Shown here in pieces: positions 25,225-39,110 of a stretch of DNA of 64,000 nucleotides (position 1 is the stretch's first letter; every line of letters starts with the position of its first letter). The notes under the pieces were generated by a model. That model saw only the letters and a program-made list of their open reading frames with translations, made no database searches and had not been told where the DNA came from. Origin of the DNA: Callorhinchus milii (Eukaryota); the NCBI RefSeq assembly GCF_018977255.1, contig NW_024704743.1:19470001-19534000 (forward strand), in the 5' to 3' direction. Made by a program: the position numbers and the translations under genes.

Positions 25225-25720
25225 TATTTGGAGTACTGCGATCAGTTGTGGGTACTCAATCTTAGGAAGGATATATTACTTTATCCCATGACAGTTCATT
25301 CAACTAATAACTGGGTGAAGGGGCTTAGCTATGATGAGAGGATAGGGTAGACATGAGTAATTTTCCTTAGAGGAGAAAAGGTTAAGGAATGATTTGATTG
25401 AGGTATTATTCTGTTGAAAGGAATAGATAGATTGGATAATGGATGACACTTCCCTTTGGTAGAGGGATGCATTAAAATCACAGAGCAACAACAGTTAAAA
25501 TTGATATCACAGTATAATTCACCATGCAGAGTTGTGAACCTGTGGAATACTCAATCCTAGAAAGCTATAGAGGTGGAATCAATAGGGATGTTTAAAGGAG
25601 AGATAGACAGGATACAGTACTTCGGAAGTGTGACAAAAGAGCGGGGCATTGGGATTAAATGATCTGCCAAGAGCTATAAACTGGTGGAACAAACTTAATG
25701 TCCTCCTCCTGTCCTAGTTT
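25225..25720 (+). mobile_element. CR1 LINE 3' fragment
   Basis: ggagtactgcgatcagttgtgg…aggaaggatata, ttagctatgatgagagg, gagttgtgaacctgtggaat: CR1 ORF2 C-terminal motifs. Confidence 0.75.
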
Positions 25721-26226
25721 TTTTTTATTCCTACATCACTGGTCAGAATGAACACCTCAGTATTCCCATTAACAGGGTGTACTATCTGTTTTCTTATGTA
25801 CCTGTGATACAAGTGACATTTTTCAAGTGTGAGTGTAGACAGTGAGTGTTTGCAGGAAGCTTAATTGTGGTTATTTATTACACCCACATTTATTAACCTA
25901 CACCATCCAACCTACATACTTGCATTTCACAGCAGGAGTCAGTGGAACAGAATCAGGAGAATGACGTGTGCCATTTCCTTCTCTAATCAAGACATCCTGG
26001 TCCCGATTTCTGTTCTTTGTTTTTTTTGGTCAGCCAGGTGTCTGACACATGCGGAAACCAATGCTTAAGAGTATCCAAACCAAACTGGGAATTCCATGCA
26101 TTCCGCCTTCATATGGAGATTCCTGGGATAGGTTTTTGGAATGGAATGTGTGCTCTCCTGGAATAAATTCAACTTTTTGGCTCAACATTTAAATTAAAAA
26201 AATTAAGACTAAACGTTCTCTTCTGT

Positions 26227-26533
26227 GGAGTCCTGTAGCTCAGTGGTTAAAGCACTCGCTTTGCAAGTGAGAGACCTGAGTTCCAGGCAGGGCGAAACCT
26301 TGGGCAAGTTTCCTTACTCCACACGCCTAATAATAATCCCTCCAAAACCAAAAACAATAATTAAGTGGTCATTTTCAATCCACGACTGTTTGTGGGACAT
26401 TGCTGTGCGCAATTGGCTGCCGCGTTCGCCCACAAATATACAGTCAATTCACTTTACAGTGTGTTCTGTGAAGCGCTTTGGGACGTCCTCCCGACATGAA
26501 AGGTGCTATATCAAATGCAAGGATTATTATTAT
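26227..26533 (+). mobile_element. Full-length young SINE family A (short form), tRNA-Ala(TGC)-like head
   Basis: ggagtcctgTAGCTCAGTGGttaaagcactcgctTTGCAagtgagagacctgagttc (A box, TGC anticodon loop, partial B box); L2-type tail with (TTA)n. Confidence 0.92.
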
Positions 26534-29500
26534 ATACTGGATGCTTGAAAAATGATTGAAAGTGTCCCAATAGCTCGCTTTGAGTAATGTTTGGGATTAT
26601 GTAAATGTATGGAACAGATTCCCTTGGGAGAAGGTGGAAGTAGAAAGTGTTGATTCTTTCAAAAACAAATTAGTTAGGAAATAATATCTTATGGTTCAGT
26701 ACATGACATGATGCATGCGACTTCCAGGATGGTGGAAGGCGAACTGAATGGTCCTTGAACATCTTCCGTCTAGGAATTGTCATGTTCTTATTTGACTGCC
26801 AAGAAGAAAATATTTCCCTTTAAAGAGACAATTATCGAATGCTTCAAACAATATTTGATAAATGCTGTGATCTCTCTGGAACAGTCAATGTGCAAAGCAG
26901 TTGCAAGGATAATAAGCTCTGACCCACTTTGTTATGAAAAAGTTTTAAATATAGAAAATCCCATAAGATAGCCTCACACAACTCCTGCCTGTTTATGTCA
27001 TAAAATGTGCAGAATACCATTGCGCTATTGTTCAGCAATAGTTCTTACTTAAAGTCTACATATAACCTATATCTCTGTCAATATAGGTAGCAAATGAAGG
27101 GATATGAAGATGAATGTGATCTTGAAACGGATCTTGAAACCGGTTTAGACATTGTTAAATAATAATCCTAATAATAAATAATAATAATAATCCTTAACAT
27201 ATGGTATAGACCTTTCATTTCACAAGGATGCTTCAAAATACTTCACATGATTTACTGTAAAGTGAAATGACTGTGTATTTTGAGGTGAGCACCTACAATC
27301 TTTTTAGGACTTCAAATGTAGGAAAATGTAATTGTGTATTTTGATACTTGATGCATAAAAATATTAATATCCTTACATTTGGTAAAGCATGTTTCACATC
27401 AGGAGGATGTCCCATAGCGCTTCATATGATATACTGTAAAGTAGAATGACTATATTTTGTGGGGATACATGAAGGAGAAAGGAAGAGGGGGGTATAGGAG
27501 AGAGGATTAGGATTGGTGGCAGCTCATGTGGAGTACAAACACCAGCATGGACTAATTGGACTGAGTGACCTGTTTCCGTGCTGTAATGTCCCATATAATC
27601 CTAAGTAATATTTTGATTTTTTTTACAAAAAACATGAATTCCTAAAATAGTGTGGTCTACACTGGGAGAAAATAGGGAATACTATGCTCTACTTTTCTGT
27701 AGCTTTCTCACCTTATTGTCTGGTTGAAAACTGACACAGTTCATCCATGTGTAATTGACTCCTTCAAGCACAAGGCAGCTTCCATGACCACTCGGATCCT
27801 GAGTAACTAAGCTGTCAGAAAAGGTTCTATGAGCTGACTGGCCTACTCCTTCCTGTTGCTGTATTGAAAGGATAGTTGTGTTTGTTTCACATCAGTTTTC
27901 TTATCTTAAAGCATAGGCTCTTTCTGGGGTACACACTCCAGTGTGTGTGTGTGTGTGTGTGTGTGTTCAGCCTAACCTGATCCTTTTCTCACTTATCTAA
28001 TACTTGCACGCATTCCAGTAAGTTTCACAAGATAGTGATCTGGAGCAGATGCTTTGGATAATTTACCACCTCCTCAATCTTTAGGCCTAAAGCCAATTGC
28101 CATGTTCTACCACAAGCCTAGCTAAGATAATAATAATATCACAGGCAAGGGTGGAACGTGGGAACTTCCTTTTAGTAGAGGCTCTACTGGACAAACTCAC
28201 TGAGCCATTGAGAGAGCCCAAATATGTTTTTGTATCCCACACAAAACACAGTAACCACAAAGGTATCATGTTAAGAAAATGAATTCCTGGGTTAAATTCT
28301 GATATTAGGACAATGTAATCTCTGTGATGGTGATTACAGGTCCCAGGGAAATCAGTTTGGATAATAATCTCAGCCTCTGGATAAGAATCTATGTTGTAAA
28401 AACACTTATTGGCACCGTTGATGGGGCAATGAAATGGAAGTGTTATATTGGTGCAGTCAGAGGTTGGGTGTGGAGTCACATTACGTAGAATTATGTACAT
28501 ACATAAAATTACATAGAACCTGTAGCAGTGAAACAGACGTTCAGTAGAACGAAACCGTGCTGATGTTTATAGTCGACATGAACCTCCACCCATTTCCTCC
28601 CTCCCACCCCTCTATTCCCTTCTCCCTCAAGTATGTGTCAAGTTTCTGGGAGCCGGAATTTTTCCCACTCAGCTCCTGATAACTCAGGATAAAATCTACC
28701 TAAGGCCTAGAATTGCAAGCTAAAGCACTAACGGGTAGGGTGGATCTAACTGACAAGTAGTGGGAAACTTGCTAGAATAATTAATACTTTCTGTTTCAGA
28801 CACTGGAGCTCGGGTCACTTTGTGAGATGAGTATATCACACTACAAGCTTTCAACTATGGACCCCAAATTCCACCTAGTCTTAGCCTCTAAGACCACTTT
28901 GTGTATGTAAGACTGCTCAGAATTATGGAAAATTCTCAAATTCTGAATTCCAGAATAATGCAGAAGTCTGGAAATTGTTTTTAGAAACTGGAATAACAGC
29001 ATCAAAATAAAAACTGAATTGAAAGTGTCCACACTCTTGCAAAATCTTATCTTTTAAGACAAAATGGTTGTATAGGCTCCGAGTAGGTGGAATTCTAGGC
29101 CTTATGTAGGTGCTCCCTGTGACAGAATTGTGCAGTTATTCTGATGTCTTTTCTCTCTCCAGAAAGATGATTTTTCTGTAGATGAGCAAACGACTGATAA
29201 TAAATAGAATGTATTATGTGAAGCGTTCGTTTGAGTAGGAAGTGCACTTGCACCCTACAGTTTGTGCAATAAAACATGACACGCTTTGTGTGTTGTCAGA
29301 TGCACTTTTTCATTTCCATTGGTATCCAATTAGTACTCAGCAGGGGCCTGTCCAAGCACCTTTCATCAAACTATAAGTGTCTCATAAAAGTCACTTGATC
29401 TATTCATTTTACACTGATATAAAAGGGTTATTGCATCTATTCTGGCACAGTCTTAAAGCTTGTAGTTGCAAACAATCCTGGCACAAAGACATGGTATAAA

Positions 29501-30729
29501 ACTTGCCTTTTGACGTCTGGTTTTGTACTGTATTCACACTTGCATCTTCCCATATCCTGTTTACAATATGTATTCAGTGAGGTGTCAGCATGATGCCACT
29601 TTGTCAAGTACCAGTGTTGGCTTGACAAGCTCTAGAGCTGGCTCTGCTTCACGGCATTCACAGTAGGATGGCTCTCGTCATTGGTAAAAGTTGAATTTTG
29701 AAATGTAGAAGAGTCAGGAGTATACAGTGTGTTTCCTGATTCAAATGTGCCCAGAGATACCAAATTTTACAGTTCTGACACCAATTGTAGTGTTATACTG
29801 TACTGTCCAGTCAATCTTTATCATTTACTAGCAGTAAAAGAAAACTTATGCAACCAAAAACCAGATGGTGCTTTTCCTTGCTGTTTCATATGTGTTTTTA
29901 TATTACTAACTTTGTCCTGGTGTAAAGCTTGTGTACCTTTCATACCAGTAAAAAAAACCTTATTTATGCATTATGGATTGGGATTGAAGATGGAGGTGGT
30001 ATGGAATGGCATTTGTATTCCAATGGCCTTTGCCGTCTCTATGGAAACAAACAGCGATCATTGTTCATGTCAGTCACACGTAAATTGACGTGTTGGCTTG
30101 ACACCCACGGTTGAGTCACATCACTGGTGCCATTGTGCGCGACTTCTTAAGTGTTTCAGGAAGGTCTGTTAACAAGAAAGATTCAGTCGAAATTAGCAGA
30201 AGTGAGACTAGGGGAATTTTCATCAAGAGAGGATAGGACTTCCTGTTAAGGGAAAGAAATGATTTGAGGTAGTCATTTTTTTGGAAATTAGCTGAAAGTA
30301 GGACTTCTGCCAGCAATTAGATCTGTTTTAGCTGAGAATAAATAATAATCCTTGCATTTGATTTAGGGTTAGGGTTATCACATCATAAGACATCCCAAAG
30401 GCTTCACAGGATATACTGTAAAATTGATTGACTGTATTTTGTGGGCAAAAGTGAAGAAGATAAGATGGTCTGTTTGTGAGAAATCAATTTGGTCTTGATC
30501 TTGAATGGATTCTGATAAATTTAAGGACAGCAAACAGGCCTTTACAAAGGTTTCAAACCTAAACCATTTTGCTGTCCTTTATTGTAAGCATGGAAGATAG
30601 ATGTGAGCACATGAGAAAGAAGACTTAGGCACACTTATGAGACTTTCAAACCGATTTCTTACAGAAACAGACTTATACCTTCTCTTTGTCATGCTGATAC
30701 AAATAAGTGGCCCATGGTTGGTACTAATT

Positions 30730-31160
30730 CCAGGGCACTACTGATGACAGCACAGCCAGCCTGGCTCATCAGCCGGTCCTGAAGGGCAGACCAGTCATTG
30801 GGAGCAGGGCATCATCCCACTCAGCTCCTGTTAACCCTGCAAGCCAAAGCCCTAACGGGTCGGGTGATCCTAGCTGGACAAGCAGCGGGAAAACTTGCTG
30901 GACAACAATATCAAAGGCAAGCTATGTGGGTTCAGCTGGTTAGACTCCAGCAGTACCCCAGTGCATACTCTGGGGTCCCCAAGCCTTGGCGCCTATTACT
31001 TTCCAGAATTAGGTAAGCAGGATGCATCCCTCCAAGAGAGAGAGAGTGTGCATACCATTACAACAATCTTATCTCTGGGATTTCCATGTGTAGGTGGGAT
31101 GCATCAGCTTGGTTTGGATACTCTTAAGCATGGTGATGGGTTTCTGCATGTGTCAGACAC
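30730..31160. repeat. Uninterrupted copy of unclassified ~430-bp repeat
   Basis: Reverse complement of 6725-7650 minus the SINE; partial copies at ~26035-26170 and ~28660-28780. Confidence 0.8.
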
Positions 31161-31933
31161 CCAGATAATGATAATTATCTTCTAACACTGAGTGTGCTTG
31201 TAGGGAGTTATCAACAGCCTCCTGCCCATTTTTAAGCACTCTAAGATCTCTATGAAGGGCACTATATAAATGCAATTTGTTGTTGATGTTGTTGTTACTA
31301 TCACTTATTTTGGTTGGAATTCGGTAGATTAGTTTGAAGAAAATAAGAACATTTTTTTTCCCTGACAGTAGTCTGTTGGACATAATTATTCATTAAAAAA
31401 AACTCATAAAACATCAAAGATTTGTAATGTACTGCAGTGCTAGTCCAGATCGACTCACTGTTTCCATATCCTTTGAGAGTTACTAAGAATTTGTAAACTG
31501 CGATGTATTCAGGATTTAGGTTCTTTTGTTGGGAAATGTGTTCCTTGTTCTGCATTGCAAGAACATAGCATGTTTCTAGGAAGACATTCATGTAACTTAA
31601 CTACTGTCGATACCAGATTTTGTTTTATGCAGCTGTAACTTTCCTTACATGACTATCGAGACTCCCATTTGTCAAGTTGAATGCAATGCTTCAGGCTGCT
31701 TTGGCTCCCTTGGGACAGCTCTCATTTCCGCCCCCACACTCTATTCTTACTTTAATATGTTTCACAAGCTACCACATTAATCTTGCCCACAATAGTGTTT
31801 GAGAATAAATGTTTCTACATGCACATGTGCTGCTTACTTAAGCAATACACCCATATAATATAGCATATATAGCATATTGCTATTGGCATTCATATTTGCA
31901 GATAATGCTGATCAGGTCATTTCACAATCAGAA

Positions 31934-32340
31934 ATAATAATACTAATCCTTGGATCACCTTTCATGTTGTGAAGATGCCTCAAGGCTCTTCATAGGATTC
32001 ACTGGAAAGTGCTGTGTCTGTGTATCTTTGAATGCGGCAGCCAATTTGTGCACAGCAATTTCGCATACACAGTCATGAAGTGACTGACCAGTTATATTTG
32101 GAGGGTTGTTGGTTTGGAAAAAATTATTTTTCTTTTTGAATAGTGCCATGAGATTTTTAACATCCACCTAAGCATGCAGCCAGAACCTTGGTTTAACGTT
32201 TCATCTGAATGATGACGCCTCTGACAATGCAGTGTTCCCTCAGCATTGTATTGGAGTGATAGACAAGACTCTGAGTTCAAAGCCCAGATGTGGATCTTGA
32301 ACCCACAAACTTTTGACTCAGATGTGAGAGTATTTACTGC
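31934..32340 (-). mobile_element. SINE family B (Deu-domain/SacSINE1-like), diverged
   Basis: ttgaatagtgccatgagatttttaacatccacct…gtttaacgtttcatctgaa is the reverse of the Deu-domain core; head remnant cttgaacccacaaacttttgactcaga. Confidence 0.8.
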
Positions 32341-33042
32341 TAAAAGGGTATTGTGGATGTGAAATGTTTTTTCCTTTAAAAATGAGGTGTACTGGTTTGG
32401 TTCTATGTTTGGTTTTGTGGTTTTGGAGAGGGAGGGAGAAATGCCTGAAAATGTGTCATTTTGTTTCGAGATGACCTCATCCACATGTGATGTGATTTTT
32501 AAGCACATGCTTTTGAAACCAGGAGAAGTACTGGTAAACAGATTTTCATTAACTACAGTTGTGAACCATGATGTTAAAACTGGAATGTTGCAGATTCTAT
32601 GAAACAGAACAAACAAGAGGTATACACTTTCTATGTCAATGTAAGCAGGCATCCCCAGACTCTCAGTTTGCAATGAGCCACTACTCCTGGTGTCCTGGCC
32701 AACAATCTCCCAAATAAAATTGATCACAAACTCCAGGGCTGTTTGTGAGACATTGCTGTGTGCCTGATTTGCCCATAAAATGTACACCGTCACACCATTT
32801 TACTGCATATGCCGTGAAATGTTTTGAGATGTTGTGTCGACATGATAAATTGCTATATGAAATGCGAGTATTATTACAGAAGCAAATTCAGTGGGTTTAT
32901 GGGGTATAGCAGTCTGAATCAGGGCTAACAAGGTGTAGTCCTGTAAATGCCTAATATATCCTACACCCATGTCACACTTTGCTTTGTACATCTCAAGCGA
33001 ACACAGAGAAACTATAAAAGAACTACAGAAAAAAAACGGACA

Positions 33043-33247
33043 AACACAAAATACTGCAGATGCTGGAAATCTGAAACAAAAACAAAGCGAGCTGGGAAAA
33101 CTAAGCAGGTCAGGCAGCATCTATGGAGAAAGGAAAGTGAGTCAACGCCAGATACAGAAGGGTCATGGACCCAAAACATTGACTCACTTTCCTTTCTCCA
33201 TAGATGCTGCCTGACCTGCTGAGTTTTCCCATCTCTCTCTGTTTCAG
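33043..33247. mobile_element. Penelope-like element terminal remnant forming a 55-bp inverted repeat
   Basis: Arms 33093-33147 and 33177-33231 are reverse complements with 2 mismatches; sequence ctgcagatgctggaaatctgaaacaaaaac…gcaggtcaggcagcatct resembles chondrichthyan Penelope-type termini (from memory). Confidence 0.7.
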
Positions 33248-35742
33248 GAAAAAAAATGTAGTCTGGGGAGCAGTTTGAACATAATTCAAGATGATGTGGG
33301 AATACCTTAATGATCTGAAATCAAAGGAACCAATGCACATCAATATAACAGCTAGAGCTGTGAGAGATTCCAGTAAATAAGGATAAGATCAGTATGAGAA
33401 AAAGAGAGTTTAATTACTTCAGTGAGTGTTTTATCTGACATGCATCATGGAATTTATAATTTTGTTAACGATCGTTCAGCAGTGTTAAGAATTATTTATT
33501 CTTGAAAAGAAAATGGTCAGACTAGGCACTGCTAAATTCTTAATAATCAGTGATATATATGCTTTAAAAAATAAATGAATCTATTTCTGGGAACTTCAGA
33601 CATTGGTTCTACATGTAATTATGGATGGCATAAGGCATTAAATGGATGAGATATTTCAGACCACCTGAAAGTGAATTCAGCCTCAGGAAATTCCGCCAAA
33701 GATTTCTTCCTGTAATATTAATGTGTTTCAAAACATGTTTTATATTTACAGTCTCAAGGAACAGTTTGGTTGGAAAATGATTAGGGGCCGAAGGATTAAG
33801 ATTGGGGAGCATTTGGGAATTTATTAACCAGGCTGACATAAAGTCAAGGAGGTTTATGTTGACTTGGAGATGGAAGGCTTAGTTTGAGTAGGTTCCAATG
33901 TTATAATTTAGCTTTGATGTTCCAGCTTTGGCCCAACTTTCTCCATCTCTGATCTTGCTTCACTCTGATCCTGAACTCAATAATTTTCACACTGGATTGT
34001 AGATAGTAGTAGTACTTTGGTGCCTAGGGTTAGGGCATCAGGGAACAGAATGGCTCGAGTCATTTCAAAGAAGAATGTCTTTGAGGAGTCAATAGTAAAA
34101 TATTGTACTCTAGTGCTCAGGTTTTACAACTCCTGACACAGGCCTGGGTTCTGAGCCCCAAAGTTGATATCAGAATGCGAGACTTGCTAAATCTCTACCT
34201 AGGTTTGGATAGAGCTTTTAGTCATCAATCAAATCTCAAAACTTGTTGTAAGAGTTCAAACCATGGCTCAAGGGAGATGGTCTCTCATTAGATCTAGACA
34301 TAAACAGAGAACTTTGTAACATTCCTTCTCTATTCTAAGGGTCAATGAAGATTCCAGTGTAGTCTCCATATTCCCTGGATGGTGTATTCCATTACAGCTA
34401 ATCAATAGTCCAGCACATTTTTGCTAGTGAAGCTTGTTTTTGAATGTGCCCGCCCTCTCCTGCATGACAATGTGGATGTCCCACTGGGAGCTACAACCTC
34501 TGTTTAATTAGCATAAAATAAATTCTTATTGCACAAATTCTAGCATTGCTTCATCAACCATGCTCCAAAGAAGTGCAAAGCAATACATAAAGACATCTTC
34601 AACTGAGTACAGGCCTCTTCATGTCTTCTTCATGGGTGCAGACTTCATATATTGGGTATTGGTGTAAAGTGTTTATGTTGTATAGTCATGAATATTACGT
34701 CGTTGCCCAAGGATGATTTGGCTTCATTTGAGAAATATGATCATTAGAAATATCTGATAGGATTCTCAGAACCAGTTTATCATAGAGTGGTAATATCTGT
34801 TGGGAGAAATAATTTGATCCCTTAAGGCATAAGAGCCAATGTTACATTTTAATATTCATAAACAGTAGCTGCCAAAACTGCAAACTTTATTCATTTTATA
34901 AGCAGAGTGAAATTCATTTGGAAGAAACATTTATCGGAGTTCAATAGAAAGTCACCTCAGCTTCACCCACAATCTTTTAAGATAGAATATTTTTTAAAGT
35001 GAGAATTTCCCTGGCCCCTGGAGTCCTCCTCTTGTTTTTGTCCTGATATTTGTTTTTGTCTTGAATGTAAATTTTCTCTTGACTAACCACCTTTATGCCG
35101 TCAAATTTTGTGCAGACCCACTTTATCTAAATTTGGCACATGTCTCATAAATAAAGTTTAAAAACTTGGCTCAAGAGAGTTGATCTCCTAGTAGATCTAG
35201 ACACAATCAGAGAACTTTGTAATATTACTCCTATATCGCTTTTCCATCGGACAATGCTATTTTCCACTTAGCTGCATGGTTGCCATTTCTTTTGATTAAG
35301 TATAAGACTCAATGGTTTAATTCTTTAAGTGCTGAACTGTGATTTTGAACTGTTTCCTCGAGTGGCCTAAGCTTATACTAATGCTGTAATAAAATTCAAG
35401 ATAGGCGACAGATGGTTTGAATCTACTCAGTGATAACTAAACTGAGTTAATGCTACAAAATTGTTCAAATTACCTTTTGGTATGACCATAAAAATAACCC
35501 TTTGCTCTTTTTCTCTCTCTCTAGCCCTAATCTTGTTTCTCCTATCATTCATTGTGTTCTTTTGCCTGCTCTGTGTCATGCATTGGATATCCTCTCCAAT
35601 GTATGCTTTGTTGGAATATAGCTTAAAATCCTTTGAGCAAAATGAACTTTGTAAGCAAACCATATTTTTAAATTAATTAAAAATTCTTTTATGATTTTCA
35701 AAAAAAACTACCATTTTAGTATAGAGGAATTTGTATCTTAAA

Positions 35743-36905
35743 TCAACGAGTTGTTACTTCCCACGTTCGCACCTTCCTCTCCCACCACTCCCTTCACGAA
35801 CCCCTACAATCGGATTTCTGTGACGCCCACAGTACAGAAACAGCCCTGGTCAAAGTGATGAATGACATTCTGTCCAACTGCGACCAGGGCTCTCTCTGCC
35901 TTCTTGTACTCCTTGACTTTTCTACAGCCTTCAACAATGTTGACCACTCTATCCTCATCCACCTCCACTCCTCTCACCTCAACCTTCACGGCTCTGTCCT
36001 TGACTGGTTCAGATCATACCTCTCACATCGCTTCCGCTTCATCTCCACAAATGGTTTCTCCTCTAGCCCCCGCACCGTCTCGTGCGGCGATCCTCTGTTC
36101 TTGGTCCCCTCCTCTTCAATATCTACATGCTCCCTCTTGGTGGCACCATTCGCAGACATGGAGTCAACTTCCACATGTATGCTAATGACACCCAACTATA
36201 ATCTCTGCCTCCACTCTCGACTCCAGGACCACTGCTGTCCTAACAGAACGTCCTGGATGAGAGCTAATTTTCTTCAGTTGAACGTCAACAAGACCGAGGC
36301 CCTCCTAATTGGCTCCCGTCAGCACATCCTCAGTTCAGGTGCTGACAACATCACCATCCATGGTTACACACTCCAGCTTGCTAAGCCAGTCCTGAACCTT
36401 GGCATCTTGTTTGACCCTTAACTGTCCTTTGTACCCCACATCTGCACCATGACCCGCTCTGCCTTCCTCCGCAACATCGCCCGGCTCCGACACTGTCTCA
36501 CACCACAGGCCACCTAAACCCTCTATGCAAACTCATTGTTTGTCGGCCTCCCCAACTCCTCCCTTCATAGGCTGTAGATCATCCAGAACTCTGCAGCCCG
36601 TGTTCTCCCCCGTACCAGGCTCCATGATCCTATCACCCCCATCCTCGCCCAATTCCACTGGCTTCCCATCACACAGTGGATACAGATCAAAATCCTGATC
36701 CTCACCTTCAAAGCCATCCATGGTCTTGCTCCTCCCTACCTCTTCGACCGCACTTTCGATTTCCCTGCTTCCCCCCTTCCCTCCACCCTCCCGGACCCCA
36801 ACCACCAGCTTAGGTTCAAAATGCTGTCTGTCCAGCACTTTGGGACGGCCTCCTGAAGTGAAAGGTGCTTTACAAATGTAATTTGGGATTTTGCTGTTGC
36901 TGTTG
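35743..36905 (+). mobile_element. L2 LINE ORF2 RT fragment to 3' tail, decayed
   Basis: HSTETALVKVMNDIL…[26 protein letters not shown] (YADD-derived), WMRANFLQLNVNKTE; tail gcactttgggacggcctcctgaagtgaaaggtgct…ttgctgttgctgttg. Confidence 0.92.
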
Positions 36906-37560
36906 TATTACAGATGTCCGCTCTGGCCACTGGCTCACTGTGCAGTCTTTGTTCAACTGCTCACTTGATTTCCACAGAACCTTATAGTCAGTCAATTGTT
37001 TTATGCACATACAATACCTGACGTGAGAGACGATTACCAGTGTTGATTTCCACTTTACAGCTATTCTCTCTGTCTCAAAATAAAGCCTCAAACTATATGT
37101 TCTTAACCATCCAGTATCTCTCTTTCTGTTTGTCCGTCTCTAGATTGTCAGTTCAACTCCGTTGATAGCGTTCTCATCTGTCAGATTGTTGTGAGTTCAA
37201 ACAGCATATTAGGATTTTAAGATGATATTGGGCTGACATTCGAATGAAGTGCTAGGGGAATGCTCCATTGCCGTCAGTGTCAGCCTTCATCAGAAGACGT
37301 TAAACTGAAGCCTATCTGCCTATAATCTATGGACATTATAGATTCCATGATACTATTTCACAAGAGAAAGAGAAAGGTAATTCTTAGAATTACCCTAATG
37401 TTTCTGTGATTCAGATGCAGTTCTTTTGTGCTAGTAACCACATCAATTGGTATCAATTCCAATGAGCATAAGCAATGGTTTTACACCGCTTTGTTGGCAC
37501 TGTGCATCTCTGTTCCCTGCCCACCTGTTCCTCTATTCCGAGAACGTGATTCACTTATAA

Positions 37561-37923
37561 GAATAATAATCCTTGCATTTGTTATAGTGCTTTATCACGT
37601 CTTCGAGATGTCTCAAAGCACTTCACAGGAAATTCACTGTAAAGTGAATTGACTGTATATTTTATGGGCAAAATGTGGCACCAATTGCGCACAGCAGTAT
37701 CCCACAAACAGTCATGGATTGAATGACCAAATTATTTTGAAGAAATTATTACCTCCAGAAAAGCAATTCACCAATCGACTAACTACCGGGTTCCTAGTTA
37801 CTGCTAGGTAAACAGAGGCGTGTGGAATAAGGAAACTTGCCCAACGTTTCTCCCTGTATGGGAAGTGAACCCAGGTCCTCTCGCTTGCAAGGTGTGTGCT
37901 CTAACCACTAAGCTACAGGACCC
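37561..37923 (-). mobile_element. SINE family A (long form), full length
   Basis: …ctctaaccactaagctacaggacccc head; CORE-like segment; tail aataataatccttgcattt. Confidence 0.9.
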
Positions 37924-38719
37924 CTTATGCACGTATGCATAAAGACAGAGCTTACCACTCAATGCCTCCACTAAGTTACTTTCCATATGCCCCAGGAGAG
38001 TACTCATTGACTCCCCACAAACCTTCCAGCCGTTGTGCCATAGCCGTTGTGCTAAATCCAGTTGAAAGCAAGAACCAACTCATTACATTTGAGATATTGG
38101 TCCACATTACAATGTACATCCAGGTTTAACCCTTGCATGGAATTTACATACACTGAAATAGTGGTGAAATCTAATTAGTGGCAATTTTTCTATGTATTCC
38201 TTATTAAGTCACGCAATGGAAGACAATGGGAATTCTTCTCCGATCCGATATGCTCCAAGACAAGGGTCTCACAGATTTTACGGTGATGGTAGAAAAGACT
38301 TCGGGAAATTGTATGAGAATTTGCAATAACAGAGACATCTCAGGTTTCTCACAGCATCTCTGGTTCAACGAGGGATGTTATCATGCACATTTCAAAAAAT
38401 CTGCAAAAATAATAACAATAGTACTGCAATAATCCCCCTCTCCCTGGCTCGGCCCTGGGATCCATTACTGTAAAGCACTCTGAGATGCCGTCTGGCGTGG
38501 TGGGCGCTATATAAATCCAAGTTGTTGTTGTAATACTCTTTAGCATTTTTTTCTAAAATGTAGGGGTTCTACCTGCAGCTCAATTCCAATTATAAAAATA
38601 TTGATATCCCAAGAGTGATTACTGAGCAACAACAACAAACAGCAACAAATTACATTTATATAGTGCCTTTCACATCGGAAGAACAACCCAAGGCACTGGA
38701 CAGTTAAGGATTTGCAAGC

Positions 38720-39110
38720 ATGTCAGCCTGCCTCACTTGGTAGAACTCTCGTCTCTAGGTCAGAAGGCTGGAAGTTCAGGCCCCATGTTGGGACTTCAAG
38801 CTTATTGTCAAGGGCTGATATTACAATGCAGTCATGGTGAAGAGATGCCATGTCAAAGGTCATGTCATGCAGATAAAGCATTAAGCTGAGATCCCATCCC
38901 ACCCTATTCGGGAGAAGGTGAAAGATCCCATGACACTACTGGAAAAGAGAGGGAAATTTCTTCCAGTGTTTTAGCAAATGATCCTTCAGTTAAATTGGTA
39001 ATTCACTTTATGCTGTGGGAAATTTCTGTACGAATTGGCTATTATATTCATCTACAAGTGCATAGAACAGATTTTTGGCTTTAGACGCTTTCACAAATGC
39101 TAGGATTGAT
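38720..39110 (+). mobile_element. SINE family B (Deu-like), diverged
   Basis: tgtcagcctgcctcacttggtagaactctc…cagaaggctggaagttcagg head; aaagatcccatgacactac core. Confidence 0.7.

Noticed and set aside
32092..32793. 233-aa minus-strand ORF
   Set aside because: Spans SINE fragments and AT-rich sequence; no domain or splice signals
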